DNA of 64,000 nucleotides, from positions 1,860,001 through 1,924,000 of the forward strand of contig JAYWIR010000029.1 in NCBI GenBank assembly GCA_036172245.1, read 5' to 3'. This stretch comes from Raillietiella orientalis. Its lineage: Eukaryota. Below are positions 12,880 to 26,450 of the stretch, one piece after another; the first letter of the stretch is position 1; the number at the start of each line of letters is the position of its first letter. The position numbers and the translations under genes are program-made. The notes under the pieces were generated by a model. It had not been told where the DNA came from. It saw only the letters and a list, made by a program, of their open reading frames with translations, and did no database searches.

Positions 12880-13859
12880 ATCCACGGTAACGCACCTTCT
12901 GGACCTTCTGTCGGCAGCCACGACGGCAGTCGAGCTGACTGGCGGGGAGGGGCCCTCGTGGCGTTTCCGGAGGGGACGAGTTGGGGAGGGGCATCGGAAG
13001 GAGACCTGCGAAGGTCGTTCACACGCGCACGCTCGCGCGCGCGCACGTGGCGGCGGCAGCGGATTTTCGCTCCGCACGAGTCCCTTCGGTGCGACTCCGC
13101 CGCCAACCCCTGGCGTGGAGCAGCTTCGGGATCCTCCAGGAAAGGCGCGGCCCCCTTCCAGAAAGGGAGGCTTTCGCGGAAAGGCTCCCCACGCTGCCGA
13201 TGGAGCGCTTGCTTCCCTCCCTCTCCCGTGATGCCCCCCGGATCTGCACTGGCAGGAAGATCCTCCGCGCAAGCGCCGCCGCAAACCTCCCTCCCCACTC
13301 CCCAGGGCGCGTCCGGCCTTGAGGCGGCGACTCAACCCCTTCCCCCTCCTCCTCCTCCTCCTCCTCCTCCTCCTTTTCCCGCAGAGCTCTCGGGAGGATC
13401 CCTTTCGTCGCCTCGGGATCTCAGCAGGGAAGCCACCAGTAGGGCGGGATCTCCCCCACCTCACCCACTATGAAGTGACCTCGCAGCTCCTCCAGGATCC
13501 AGCGCACCGCACTTGTCCGCTTCCTCCCTCATCCAGGAGCGCGACCCCAATGGGACGCCTCTTTCGCGAGCTCGGAGGGGCGAGGAGGCTATGCACCGCT
13601 CCCAGGCTCCCCGGTAGCAGCTTCCAATCCGGAATTTTCGGGTAGAGGCTGGAAAGGTGCTTTCCTTCGGAAAACCGGGAATGATCGCGGCTTCCCTGCG
13701 ACCAAGCGCATCCGGCGGACCCGCGAGTTTTTTTCGCGCGCGTTAGGCTGTTCCCCTTCCTCTCTAAGAAAGGTGAGGGCGCGTCCCCCCACGTCCATGT
13801 GGGTGTGCGATCCACCTTTCCCTCCCCTTCTTCCTTCCTTCCTCCAAGAAGAGGAAGAG

Positions 13860-14825
13860 ATGGGAGCCGGCTCGAGTAGGCTCCCACTCACGCGCCATCT
13901 ACTAGTGTTTCTGAGAACTGCGGTGGCTCTCATTCGCAGCACAAGGTGGCGGGCAGCGTCGACTTCCGTTTCGCTCTCTCTTGTGGTGCAGGACGACAGT
14001 GGTGGGCGTGGGAATGAAGAGGTGAACGTGGATTTCCGGTCCCTCCCGATTCCCGGAGGACGGAACTCCACCGCCTTCTCGTGCTGCTAACCGAGCCGCC
14101 TCTCTTCTCTCCCTCCGCGTCCTTTCCCCCTTGCGTAGACGTCTCAGCCCTGTTTTCCTCCCCTCCCACACTTCCACAGACGCTTCCAACCACACCACCT
14201 GCACGGTTCCTCGCTTCTCCCTTCTCAATGCGTACCATTAAACCCGAGGGAATGTTGAGCCCGAACTGCAGCAAGTGTGGCATAAGAGAGTCCTTCCCGC
14301 ACCTGCTCGTGAATTGCGTTATCCTCCTTTCCTTGTGGGACGCGTCTTTTGCAGCGTCCCTGCGTAACCCCAAGGGCAACCTTAGAGGCGTTATGAAGCG
14401 CCTCTTCCAGCGTGACGCCCTTACGCCGGCCGCATCCCTAGCATCACAGTACTGCCCACGCTGCGGGACCGCAGGGACAGCAACGCCAGAGAAGGCCAGA
14501 ACGACAGGGACGCCATCTATTTTGCTGTCCTCTTCATGAGGACAGCGTCAAGGTGTCCCCACCTGGGAGTCTTGAAACGGGAACATGCCGGCATCCTGCA
14601 AAGGATGCAGGGGACACCCTCCAGCACCCGGTGATTCCTTCCCAATCCCTCCCATTTTTTTGTTTTCTTTTCTTTTCTTGTTGTTTCTTATTCCCCTCTG
14701 CTGCCGAGGAGAACCTCGACGGCCGTGTCCCGGTTTTCAGCAGGTTCCTTTTTGTATATTTGTAACGTGGCAGGACCAAGCATCCTGCTACTAACCTGCA
14801 TGTTTATTTTTATGTAAATAAACGC
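13860..14825 (+). mobile_element. 3' fragment of a LINE (RNase H end and CCHC zinc finger)
   Basis: SGGRGNEEVN (H.G..GNE.AD-like, ~14000-14026), CSKCGIRESFPHLLVNC (C..CG..E...HLL..C, ~14267-14320) and AATAAA near 14817. Confidence 0.7.
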
Positions 14826-15649
14826 CCCGGCGCTACTGGGTGTCAACCCTTCTCAGTGAGCTCGTGGGACGTACTTATCAGAATGGGTGTCCTCGCTGGG
14901 GGACTTACGAAATGGCAGGCTGTCTCGCCTTCAGCATGGCTGCGAGGCTTCTGGTATATCCTGCAGGACAGACAGAAGCTGGTTATACCCTCCACGATGG
15001 CAGAACAGGGAGGGGCAACTGCAGCCCTGGCGCCTCGACCTCCACAGATAGCAGCGAACCCACGTGTTCCAGGGAACGAAGTAGCCTCAGGTAATCTTGG
15101 ATGGATCCATCAAGGGAAAGTCGCTAAAGAGGGGGAAGGAACGGGCTGAAATCTCCACCTTTAAGCTTCTTCCTCTGGGTTGCACTTGCTGGCGACGGAA
15201 ATCCTCATCGTGGTCGATCCACGGAGAGAACAGGAAGTTCCGCGGGAACTCGGAACAAGGGGGGGAGGGATCTCATAGAAATCTCATCCTACCGTCGTCT
15301 CTGGGACCAACAGAGGAAGACGCTCTTACGATGGTATCAGAACGTATCCTGCTCCATCTTCCCTCGGAACTCTGGTGCATGCAAAGCGAGCAGTCAGCGA
15401 CTGTCCGCCGTTCGGCGGCTGCCGTAGCCATGGCTACAAGACTCAGGGGTGAACGCGGAAGGACGAGGAAGTCGGCTCGATTTGGAGCGCTCTGAGACAC
15501 TCAAGAGGTCATTCCATCGAAAGCGACCACAACGGAGAAATCGTGGCCAAAGCAAACTGCAGGAAGCTACAGCAAGGAAGATTTTTCTCACCTTTGAGTT
15601 CCCAGATAATGAGTCGAGGGAGTGCAGCCAGTGACCAGGGACTTTCCGC

Positions 15650-17600
15650 CCCCTTCACTGCCTGGCTGTCCTCTCCGTTTCATCCACCACTCAAGGCCAT
15701 GATCTCAAGGAGATGCGTCACCCCGGCTAGTGCCCCACTTCCAATAGATTTCTCCGCACATCACTGTTTTTCTGATTCGCATGATCCATCCCTTAGCTAT
15801 CTCCCGTCACCTCAGCACTCCGTCGTTCACAGGGTTCCCTTGGATCCTGCAGTCCCACGACGATCTATCTGATGCATGATGGTACTTTTTCTTTTTTATC
15901 GGCACCAACCCTCTGTAGTTGCCCTCCTTCCTTTGTCTTGCCTCCTCTGGTGCTTCACAGGGACAGTCTTCGTCCAATATCGTTGCTTTCTAGACTCCCT
16001 GGAGCACTGAGTCCGGTTGCATTTCGGAATCTTTTCCAAGAGCGGATAGACTGGAGTTACCAGTCCCACCACCACCACCACCACTCTACCTTTTTTTCTC
16101 GCTTCGGATGCAATGAATGGAGGTGTCGTCAAGGAACTCTGAATACCTGCTGCAGTCGGGGCACCATCCCTGGTGGGTCGGCAGCAGCCCACCCACCAGG
16201 GATAATTGTACAGGTATCAAGTTGAACCCCCACCACGTGAATCAATTGATAATCGTAAAGTCTTGAATTTTCAGCACTGAACAGAGAAGGTGCCAGCGCA
16301 CGATGTTGTTCCGCGGCAGAAGAAAAAAGCTAAGACACAGATCGATGGCGCGGTGAAGATCAGCAATGCTGTGCTGGGATACGCACTCAGGCTGTTCACT
16401 GACCTCATCTACGTCTACTAGCGCCTTCGACGTCACCCTGGAGAAGGAAAGAGGGTTTACGAGGAAACAGTGAAGAGCAAAGCTGTTCCCCAACCACCCT
16501 CATCATGCTAGTCTCACTACACGGACATCAGACCCTACTGAAGACGGTTTTCGGAGACGTGGTTCTCCCCTTCTCATTTTTCTTAGATGACTCCATTCCT
16601 TTCAGCGCGTGCTCGATTTCAAGCGAGCAGTTTTAGTACTCATACCTGGGAATATCATGCATGATCAAGGCATGCCTACAGTCCAAACCTCCGATTTTGC
16701 CGATAGTGAGGCGCAAGATCATAATCTTGCACTTACCCACAGGGATCATCCAACTGCATTCCTACCCTAGTGATCTCCCACCGACGGTCCAGATGAAAAG
16801 CGTTTCCTTGTACAGAGGCACGGTCAAAACAGAACTGGAACTGGAGAAAAATGAGTTTCTGCTGGACGAAACCATTAACGTGCGGTTCGTGAACCGCTGC
16901 TCGAAGGACGTGTGCGCCTTGAGAATATTCGCCGTTTAGGAAATGAAGATGCCCTTCCCGAGGAAGACAATCCAAAACGTCGTAGGTGTCACTTCCTCGA
17001 CCCTCCATCAGGTCGTCAAATCTGGGGCGGATCTCGACATGTAGTTCGAGGTCAAACTGATGGTCTCAAGATGGTAAAAGTGGTTGGCGGTGTAAACCAT
17101 CCCTTAAAAAATGAAGAACCTACGCCTCTCAGACACCATTCTGGACGGGGTTAACCCCATTCGAGTCAGCAACTACGTGCAGGCGAATACGACCGCGAGT
17201 ATGTTCCTCGGATCCTCGGATATCCGAGTGCTGTTCAAAATCATCAGTGATTCTGTGAACACGATTGAGGAACTCATGAAAACGGATGTTCGCAGCCTTC
17301 TGAGTACTTCCTTGACCTATCAGAAGTGCTTCCTTGACCTATGATGTTGTTATGACCTGTGTCCCGACGAGAACTGCATGTTTTCCTTGCAGGCTGCCGT
17401 TCATCTGACAAGGAACTGTTTAAAAAATTCCACGTGCTCGGAAGAAAGTCGGGTGCTTTTCGGTGAGAGAAAGACATGCTTCCTTGTGCTGGACCGTGCT
17501 CAGGTCAGAAGAAACTCTCCTCCCCATGTGCTCGTTCAAGGTGGCATCCCCAATCGTGATTCTGAGTTCAGTTTCCTCCGAGGTCCATAGCTCCTTTACT
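15650..17600 (-). mobile_element. Decayed Penelope-like retroelement (RT plus GIY-YIG)
   Basis: Minus-strand remnants in PLE order: MG.P.S-like (~17140-17165), YVDD-like region and HFLN (~16930-16990), QKLIFL, VYK-like (~16810), C.E..IG-like GIY-YIG (~15740-15770). Confidence 0.45.
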
Positions 17601-18017
17601 CTGGAAAACGCTTGTCTTCCAAAGCCTCCCAGATGCTCCTAACATGACTGCTGAATCTATTGAATGTCTTCCAAGCGGATCGCGACATAAACGTACTCCG
17701 TCTTAGCACTGGTCTTTTTTTTTTTTTTCCTTTTCTTTTCTCTTCTTTCCTTGGCTATCGAGGAGGAAGGAAGGAATGAGAGTACTCGGGAAAACGTCTG
17801 CAAAACCAACGAGCATGTAAGCCTTCGAGGAACATTTAAGCACCTCACGAACGACTTATACAGTCACCCGAGAGCAAGTGTCAAGCATGGACGGAACACC
17901 CGTGCAAAGTGAGTCGCACGGAACTCTGGGAAGTTGGCTCACAGGCTTACGAACCCGTAAACGAACCCGAAAAGTTCTCGAGAAGGACTACAGCTTTCTG
18001 CGTTCAGGGTCTTTCCT

Positions 18018-18800
18018 GCCCGCGTCGGAGGCTTTGTGGTTAAGGCTTCCGCGCGTGGCACCATGCGTCGCGGGTTCGAATACTTCGGCAGATAACTTGA
18101 CGCCATTGCGTCGTTTGGGTCCCGCGTTTCTCCTGCAACCGCGCTGGTTGGCCGAGACATTCGGGCGTGGCCCCGACAGTGGATTAAGCCGGAGACCCCC
18201 GATGAAGACCGAAACAATGGGAAAATTGACCTTCGGGTCTTCCCAGGAATAAAGGATTGGGGAGTTCCCCCTCCTGTCGTGCAACGGAGTGCGGACCCCC
18301 GTCACCGGGGGACCGCCTCCGGTTTCAAGATGGAACAGGAGCCCTGACGGGCACCTCTCCAGTTGTTCAAAGGAGCGGATCCCCCTGTTGGGGGGTCCCT
18401 CCGAGTTGTCGCCTCTTCACAGAGTGTGCACAAAGGAAGCAAGCGAGAGCGATTCCCTGCGGGAAGCTGCAGCGCCCCTTCTATGTTTTGGAAGCGTCCC
18501 TTCGGGGATCTCTTCAGAGGAGTGAACAGGAGCACTTCCCTTGCGGGTTCCCTTCGGAGAAGAAATTCCTACAAGCGGATCCTTTTCGGATTCCCTTCGG
18601 AGAAGTTGAAATGGAGAGGACCACCCCCCATTACAGGGGGTGTCCCTCCGGAGAGAATGAGGAAGGAGAGATTCCCTTTGGGGTTCCCCTTCGGAGACAA
18701 CCAGGGTGGGAGGTGCGATCCCCCCCGTCCGGGGGGGATCCCTCCCTAAGCGTGAGAGGAACGGACTCCGAGCCCTTCCTGGATTCATAGGGCGGACCCT
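18018..18800 (+). mobile_element. tRNA-headed SINE-like element, copy 1
   Basis: Head with A-box-like GGCTTTGTGGTTAAGG and B box GGTTCGAATAC (18073-18083); body and 3' end (GAGCCCTTCCTGGATTCATAGG) shared with 39154-39787. Confidence 0.8.
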
Positions 18801-19739
18801 ATGGATAGTGGATAATTCCTTAGTGGGTAATTCGTTTTTCTCCGAGCATGAGATTTCCAAGGATTTCCTTTGATGTGAGGAAGACAAGGATCCCTTCTGT
18901 TCCCTGCTCCAGAACACCAATGTGTACACGTCAGCAGATAGAGAATCAATGCTCTGGTGAATCAGAGAAAAAAGTTGATGAACTTCACCTTTCATCTCTC
19001 CAAGGATCACGAATTGATTTACGATTGATGTGCGAGCAACTAACTCGGAAATACATATAGATATATATCAGCATCAAGTCTTAGGTTTTAATGTTCCTGA
19101 GGCTCTTGGTAAGATTTCTACATGTGATTTGAGTGATATGTATGAACTTTTGTAATGTCTCTTTTTTTCCGTCCTACACATCAGCAGTTTTCCTCGGCAT
19201 TTGCACATTTTCTGATCCTACAGACAAAAATCTAATGGTCAGTGCTTGCAAGCAGCGAGTTGAAGCTACGAGGCGTGGAAACTGCTTCACGTCCTCCTCT
19301 TTCTTTTCAAGCAGTGGCCTTCCGGCAACCCCTGGATGCACGTGAATTGCTTGGCGACTTTTAATGACTGCACTACGTTTCCCGTTATCAAGCTGACGCT
19401 CTGCTTCCCCTAGCACGGTAGATTCGCTGCAGATGCCCCAGTCTTTCATCGTGCTTGATTGTGTGATCGAGTTTTTTCATCAACGTCTCCGTAATCGGTT
19501 CCCATTCCAAGAAGAGAGCAGCAGACACCCATTTTCATCCATTACGCTTTCTTGCAAAAATTTGCAGTATCCACCTCACGCCACACGGACGCAAAGCCTA
19601 TCTTATGCTGGGACCACATCCTGATTTTCATTTGGGAAGATGTAATCTTACGGCCGGATTTTTATTAGGAAGAATCCCACGGTGGTCCGATCCTAAACTC
19701 GTAAACCTCCAGCTCGTATGGAACTCAAGAATGTATACG

Positions 19740-20650
19740 GATAAGCTAAAGGGTTTTTTTTGTTTTTTCTGATGGCATCGAATGAAAACGGGAGGACATC
19801 TTTCCAGAGTTAGTCAGCAGGGAATCCACCTTCTTGAAGTGAATATCTTTGAAAGTGATTGGAAATGTTTGAAATGCGGTTGTGTGAGAAAAAACTTTCA
19901 TAAGATAACATTCACCGAACATGGAAAGTTTGTCCAGGAGATACCGAAATCTTGCGATCAGTGGGCGGAAAATGGAAGTCCGATTAGAATGGGATGGAGA
20001 AAATTCAGATTTTATTGAAAGCTTTTCTAGTGTACTTGTGGAGCTCCTTGGCTGAATAATGAAAATAGTTTCTTGCAACCCGGCAAGATCTGGATTTTTT
20101 TTTCCGAAAAGGAAAAATATATACAGAAACAAATTCGGGAGATTAGCTAGCTACAAAGGAGAGAACCGGACTTATCTTAAGGAGAGACGGAAATGTAGAC
20201 CTACGATAAATGAGATAAATAAGAATGCATATGAGAAAAAAATTTTTTAAGAAATGCTCATAGAGGCTGAAAAATTCTGAATAGCTTGACCCAAAGACAT
20301 GGTTCGTATGGTAGAAAGGCAATGGAAGTAGTTGTTGAGATTCTGTACATTTTAACGAAAGTCACCAAATGATATTTCAGGAATAAAGGAAAGAGAATGT
20401 TCGAAAACAAGACCGAGATTAATGGGGAGTGCTGATTCAGATCAGACCAGAATGTAGAAGGCATATTTCTCAGAGTTAGATTTTGTTTCTATAGAAGTTT
20501 AGCTTATTTCATGCATCTTTCTTGCATTTTTCAGCGGAATGAAGAGTAAAACTTATTTCAACTTTCCCTCCAGAACGAACTCCTTGAAGCCAATATTCGA
20601 CGGTACGTGAAATGTTCAGGTGATAAAATAATCAGAATATCTTATGTTAA
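19740..20650 (+). mobile_element. Possible decayed DNA-transposase fragment
   Basis: SDG..TGG...GIHLLE...W.C resembles the DG..NTG..G.I.LLE..QW..C segment of arthropod DDE transposases; heavily disrupted. Confidence 0.25.
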
Positions 20651-22937
20651 CGTTCATCAAGACACACTAGAAAGTGACTTGGTAATCTCATGGTTAGTTT
20701 ACCTCCATTGCACACATTTTTTTGAATTAATTTACGTTAAATTATAGGGAGCCCTCTTTTTTCTCCTTGGAAATAAGGTGTAGAATTTTGGTATCAGCAA
20801 ATCATTTCTTTTAGAGATCACAGTAAATGTTAATGAAATACACGAGAAATTCCGATGTTCAACGTTACGAGATTTAAAAAAAAAAAAATTCTTATAGAGG
20901 CTTTTTATATGGAACAACGCATTTTCCATGATATTGGATTCTCTGTATCCTTTTACAGATTTGAATTCTAACATGATTAACGAGTTCTTTTGGTTTCTCC
21001 GTATCATTTCCAAATTACATATTTCTTGCGAAAAATTTTGTACGCATTCATTTTTAATGTGTTAAAATTACGCATCAGTTTGGAACACTTTTGGCTTTCT
21101 TCTTGTAGAAAACTATTGTTTCTCCTGAAACATTTCTTGCTTTTCTTTACTTCAGATTTTTATCTCACTTCTCATTGGTGAAATCTCAAAAGCACTCGAA
21201 ATTAGTCATCGTAATCCTTTTACATCGGAAATTAGTCATCCTTTTGAGAGCAGCAGTTTCCAAGCACCATAAAATAACACGATGAAACGTATGAGAATTT
21301 GCATGTCTATCCGGCCAGATCAGAAAGGGTTGGAAAAAGTAAAAACATGCTCATGAAAATTCTCTAACGGAGAAGAAAGTTTTATTTTTGTAACATGATC
21401 TTTTTATAGCATGATATGATGATTTTGCTTGTTTATACTGTCATCAAAGAAAGACTAGCATATTGATAAGTATTCTTGTTGCAGGTAATAGAATGAATCC
21501 GTCAATCATCCAGAATGAATCTGGAGATGAAACATGAATGGAAATTTTAGGATCCAAGAAATCAAATGATTCAGGATGCCATGACATGGATTTTCTTCAG
21601 AATTGAATTGCAGAATATACGGATCCAATGACTGAATAAAAACTTCCAATTAGAGTATACAATGAAAACAGCAATGATTGATTTTTACAAAGCAGATTGA
21701 AAGCAGTCAGTTTACTTCTAAACAATAGACGATAAATTTTAGACGAAGATAAAACGTTAAAATCATCATTAATGTCATTAAAAACGTGCGTGATAGGATA
21801 ATTCCAAATGAGAAAGTCCACCTCTAGGCATAAAATACTTATTCACAAACAGGATGCCTTTTGATGCAGCAGCAATAAAATTGCATCAAAGTGTAGTACA
21901 GTGGAATTTTTCACAGACACAGGTATCATTAGGTATGCTATTTCAATGCAGGATTCTTTGATTGCAAATGACTATCTATGTTCTTAAGTTATTTTTTCAC
22001 TTACATGGTATGTATATGTGAGCATCACCATTTCATTTTTTTTTTTTTTTTCAATTGAAAGCGTTGGCACTGTGCATCTGAATGCAAAATCATATTTGAT
22101 TTTATGGAGAGATATTTCTGCTACTTGTTTACCTTCGAACTGAAGCTTTATTTTTTTTTTTTTTGGCTGGTTTTACAAGTTTCGAAATACGTGATCACGA
22201 ATGTGAGCAAATCGATTCTTGTGATCGAAAACGAAGTTCATGCGTCACCCTGCTTCAGTAAACTCCTTAAATTTGCCCCCACACGTGCGTTTACAAAGTG
22301 TGGTAGAGCAAACACAAAATAATAATATGAAACATGAATTCATTTTATTGAATGTTCAGAGAATGTATGATGCATCTAACCATCAATATGCTAGTCTTGA
22401 TGTAGTTGGTGATAACGTGTTTGTACACGGTATATGTTTGGTGCGTGTAAAGTAAAAAAAGCTCTTTGTGTTTGAAATAGCATGCAAGTTTAAGTAACAT
22501 GTTTTCTTATTTAAGATGTTCTCATCATTATTATTAATAGTTATATCTTTATATTTATCAGCCTAGATTTCATATTATATTCATCACCAAACTTTCGATC
22601 AGATCTGTTTAATGTGCAATAATTATGGATCGTTGTTATTTTGAAATGAGAAGTAACACTAATTTTTACTTCAATTATAAAAGCAATATAAACCATAAAA
22701 CTGGAGATCTGGTAAATAAGTACGACTCATTGATGTACGCCATTGATGTTTTTTTTATTTCAATTACTATTTTTTAAAAGTACTGTGTGTAGTTTTTAGC
22801 TTTTTAGTTGTATCTTATTAAAATTCTAGATGAGTGTATAAAAATGTAAATAACACTACGAGAATGAAACTGAGAACTAATATACCTCAGTAGAAAAGTA
22901 TATATTTACTACGTATATTTCTGTTACCACAAAAGTG

Positions 22938-24500
22938 ATGGATAATGTAACGACCAAATTCATGTATGATCACATGTTCAATGACAGCAAGGAAATGGTT
23001 CATACTGCGAACCCAAGTAAAAGTAGGGCACAATTGTTTAACGAAAGTAAAAGAAAAGAAGAGTACACTCTAGAGAATATAACAGTAATTGATGTTTCTG
23101 TTATGGATGATTCTGATCAGGAAACTTGGTAAATTATTAATATTTAAGCTTTTTTTTTTTATTGAAAGTGAAGTATGTTTTCTACCAATCTTTCTATACC
23201 AATCTTTTAGGCTTTATTCTTTTGAGAATGAAACAAGTCTATCAGATCACATGCCACTTGAAGCATGGTCTCAGGTTGCTGTCAGAAATTTGCAAAATTC
23301 GGATCTTGTTTCAGATACAGATGGGTTATTAAAGACAATAATTGAGTACCACAAAGGTATTTTTAAACTTTGACTTGATTTGATAATCAGTCTGGAAAGG
23401 TTACATGTTTTACATATGCATAAGCTTTGTACGTACTACATTTGTCCTAGACATGAAATTTGAGTAGTAACTAAATAAACCTCATATTTTAAGCTCCCTT
23501 ATTGAAATGAATTGGAAAATTCTGTATTAATAAGTGTGTATCTTACTTCTCAGGCATAACTGCTTCCGGTGATCAATCACCTGCATATAATAATAAAATT
23601 GGAAATGATTCAGCATCCATCTTGAACCAAACATTCAGTGTGTCTCCATTGATTGAGCATGATAATGATCATGTTAGTAGTGGCTCAGATTGCAATTTCT
23701 GTCTTCATGATGTGCAGACAGCTGCAAGAAAACAGGAAGAAAGTACTTTAGCTCTTCAGCAAATCACCAACTAATTGAATGTTGTATTCATTTCAGCTTT
23801 GCATAATGTGTACACATCTTTTGCTCAAGAACAGGGGAATTCAAAAGAATCAGACAAAGTTTCATCTCAGCAGAAGTATGGTACATATGTAAAACATCGA
23901 CCTTCATCTAACAAGCAAGAAATTAGATCAAATACTGTTGATGATTTGAAGCAACAAAATTATGCACAATACCGTGCTTTAAAGAGTACATCACAGAGTA
24001 AGTTGCTCCAAGAAAGACGTTTAAGCATTCTGGTATCAGATTCTCACTATCGCAGCATGCCTAACTTGAATGCAGTACCTGCTTGTGGATCTAACAGGAT
24101 ATCTGCAATTCCAAGGCCACCATCTGCTGAGACCCAAATGCAGAAGAAACTACCTGTTTCAAATTCGAGTTTATTGGTGGGGAAAGCTCTTCTTCCCATC
24201 TTGTTTAGTAACAGATTTGTCCTCTTAGATGAGAAAGGGACCTGCAAATGCGCACAATATAGCAACAAATCGTGTGCCATCAAATATGTTAAATCGCATA
24301 GCAACACACAATCAACTGTTTGTTACTGGGAGACAACCAGCAATTAGTAAAACTCATTCCAGGCTACCAGGCCCAAGGTGTGTTTTTTTTTGTTCAGGTT
24401 GTGTTATTTTGCCTGTTTTTTTTGACACAGGAGACTTGTGCCAGTGCAGCACACTCAGGCTGCATATCAGTCCAATAATTGGCAAGATGAATGCTTTTGA
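22938..24500 (+). CDS. SLAIN: SLAIN motif-containing microtubule plus-end tracking protein; exons 22938-23128, 23211-23356, 23554-23742, 23797-24176, 24229-24377, 24431-24500 (5' end uncertain)
   Basis: Spliced frame gives LENITVIDV..DQETWLYS..PLEAW, DVQTAARKQEETL (cf. DVQ..ARMQEESL), RSMPNL, SxIP-like SAIP and SRLP, and C-terminus NWQDECF* (cf. W.DGCY*); all joins are GT-AG and phase-consistent. Confidence 0.85.
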
Positions 24501-25649
24501 ATTGCTGTACTGACTGTGATATGCTTTATGGTTCAGTCATGAAGTCACTGGACTGGACTGCTAGCTGTTCATTTTGTTTATTTTATTACATAAAGTTTCC
24601 TGACAATTGCTGCAAATCATGAGGATGACTCTCAATGTCATCAGAAGTATCGTCTTCATTAAACTATCTTTACTGGTATTAGGATACATTTACTGATGTG
24701 TAACGAGCGTATAGCCTTATGCATATTTTGACCTATTTACAATCGAGAAACAAACAGTATTAATACACGAAAAGAGCCATTGAAAACTATCCATTTCTCA
24801 TTTCTGAAGTTGTCTAAAGGAAGTGAGGAGCATTATGGAAATGATTACTCGGAAAAGCAAGCTTCATTCATTGCAAATGCAAATGAGATAGCAGAATCAT
24901 AAATATTTGACAGAAATGAAATTGATAAGGTATTCGGATTTCATTTTTTAAGAAGTTTCCTGTATTTGCATCTTAAAAAACGAGAAACTAATAACACCTA
25001 TGGAGGATTAAATTGTCATAAGTGATTTTCGGATTCATTGAATAAAATCATTGAACACTTATACGGATATTTTCAAAATCTTTGTTCTGTTTAATGTTTC
25101 CTGTTACCAAACATTTTGAAGTGAAGGAAACAGTGAAACTTAATGCCCTTATTTATTTCTATTTACATAATTGTTGTATGTTCAATGAAGTCTAATGTGT
25201 TCCACTTATACCCACAAGTGTGTTGAATACTGATTAAATTACTTTATCCATCCTGGCCCTTGTTCAGTTCATCCTTGCTCAGGTTTCAAGAATGAATTTT
25301 ATCATTGAGGCTTATGCTGCTGTTTCAAATACAAGGCCTCCTCACTTGTATAGCAAAATGAGGATCATAGGAGAGCACAGTTTTAAGTTTCTTCATAAAC
25401 ACTTGTGGTGGAAGAACAAATGAAAGGGAATAGCTGTTATTGTTATCGAGGACTGCAAGAGTGCACAGGATTCTGGGATAATGCCTAACATCAAGCAAGA
25501 GCAAGATTCATGTAGCACACAAAGAAAGAACATTGAACACTGTGAACATGGAATGGACCCAAAAGAGTACTCACAAAACTGTCTTGCAGTTGTGCATCTT
25601 CTGAACAAGTGTCATCTTGAGCACTTAAATTGTGGTAATGAATGAACCT

Positions 25650-26450
25650 GGATTGGACATGGTCTTGTTTTCCACTATACTTCCCAGAGATGAACATGAG
25701 GAACATTTTATTATACCTTAAGAAGTAATTTCTAACCCCGATTACTAAACTTCTACAAGCTATTATGGAACACTAAAAAGGATCTAATTGAGGAATAGCC
25801 ATGTCTCACCTTCAGCAAGCCACATGCTTGCTAAAGGTGAGACAAGAAAAAATATTACTTCTCAATCTATTCCTCTTCGGAAAAGCCATTCTTGGCTGAT
25901 CTTAGGCAGCAAAGAGAAGGAACGATGGAAATAATTCAGGGTGAAAACTTAGGGTGAAGACACAAATTAAAGCATACTCTGTTGAATGCCAACTTCATGG
26001 ATGATGCCTCACAACATAGCTTTTTGATCAGATTCCAAGCCTTTCTGAAGGCATTAAAGGGAAGGGTTGGCGTTAGTGACAGGAAATAAACTGGAGATTC
26101 GAAAAACATGACGTGGTCAGGAAAAAGAAAAGCATTTTGAATGCATTCGGAGATGGCTTCCGGAGAGCTAGAGAAATGTTCAAAATTGTTCTATTTACTT
26201 TATGTAAAGGCAAGCGACAAATTCTAAGGTAGAAGGCCAAAAGAGATTCGAAGAGGCCGACGCCTGTGATGCATCTGTAACTCAACCTCATCAAAGTTGT
26301 ATGGGTCTTTCGATTCATTTGTGTCTTAAAATTATAACTAAACATCGATATACTAGGATGGTAGTCAACGAAACAAGTTATGAAAGATTAATGAGATTTG
26401 GGATTGGAATTTAGCAATAGCTCTCAGAAGATAGAACAGATGGCGTACTG
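25650..26450 (+). mobile_element. Decayed LINE RT fragment
   Basis: Degenerate PI...K..ME, LFLLY, ADD-like, LKL.LN and DLGL motifs in RT order, with many stops. Confidence 0.35.

Noticed and set aside
11836..13464. 542-aa minus-strand ORF and overlapping long ORFs
   Set aside because: Low-complexity GC-rich frames; only the CSP-like exon 1 (12879-12624) inside it looks coding.
16535..16570. Second hammerhead-like motif CTGAAGA...GAGAC
   Set aside because: No GAAA core, no convincing stems, and it is on the strand opposite to the surrounding element.
18018..18090. Functional tRNA gene (also 39154-39230 and a B-box-like site near 36790)
   Set aside because: A/B-box-like motifs are present but I could not fold a cloverleaf; they are continuous with a repeat body, so treated as SINE heads.
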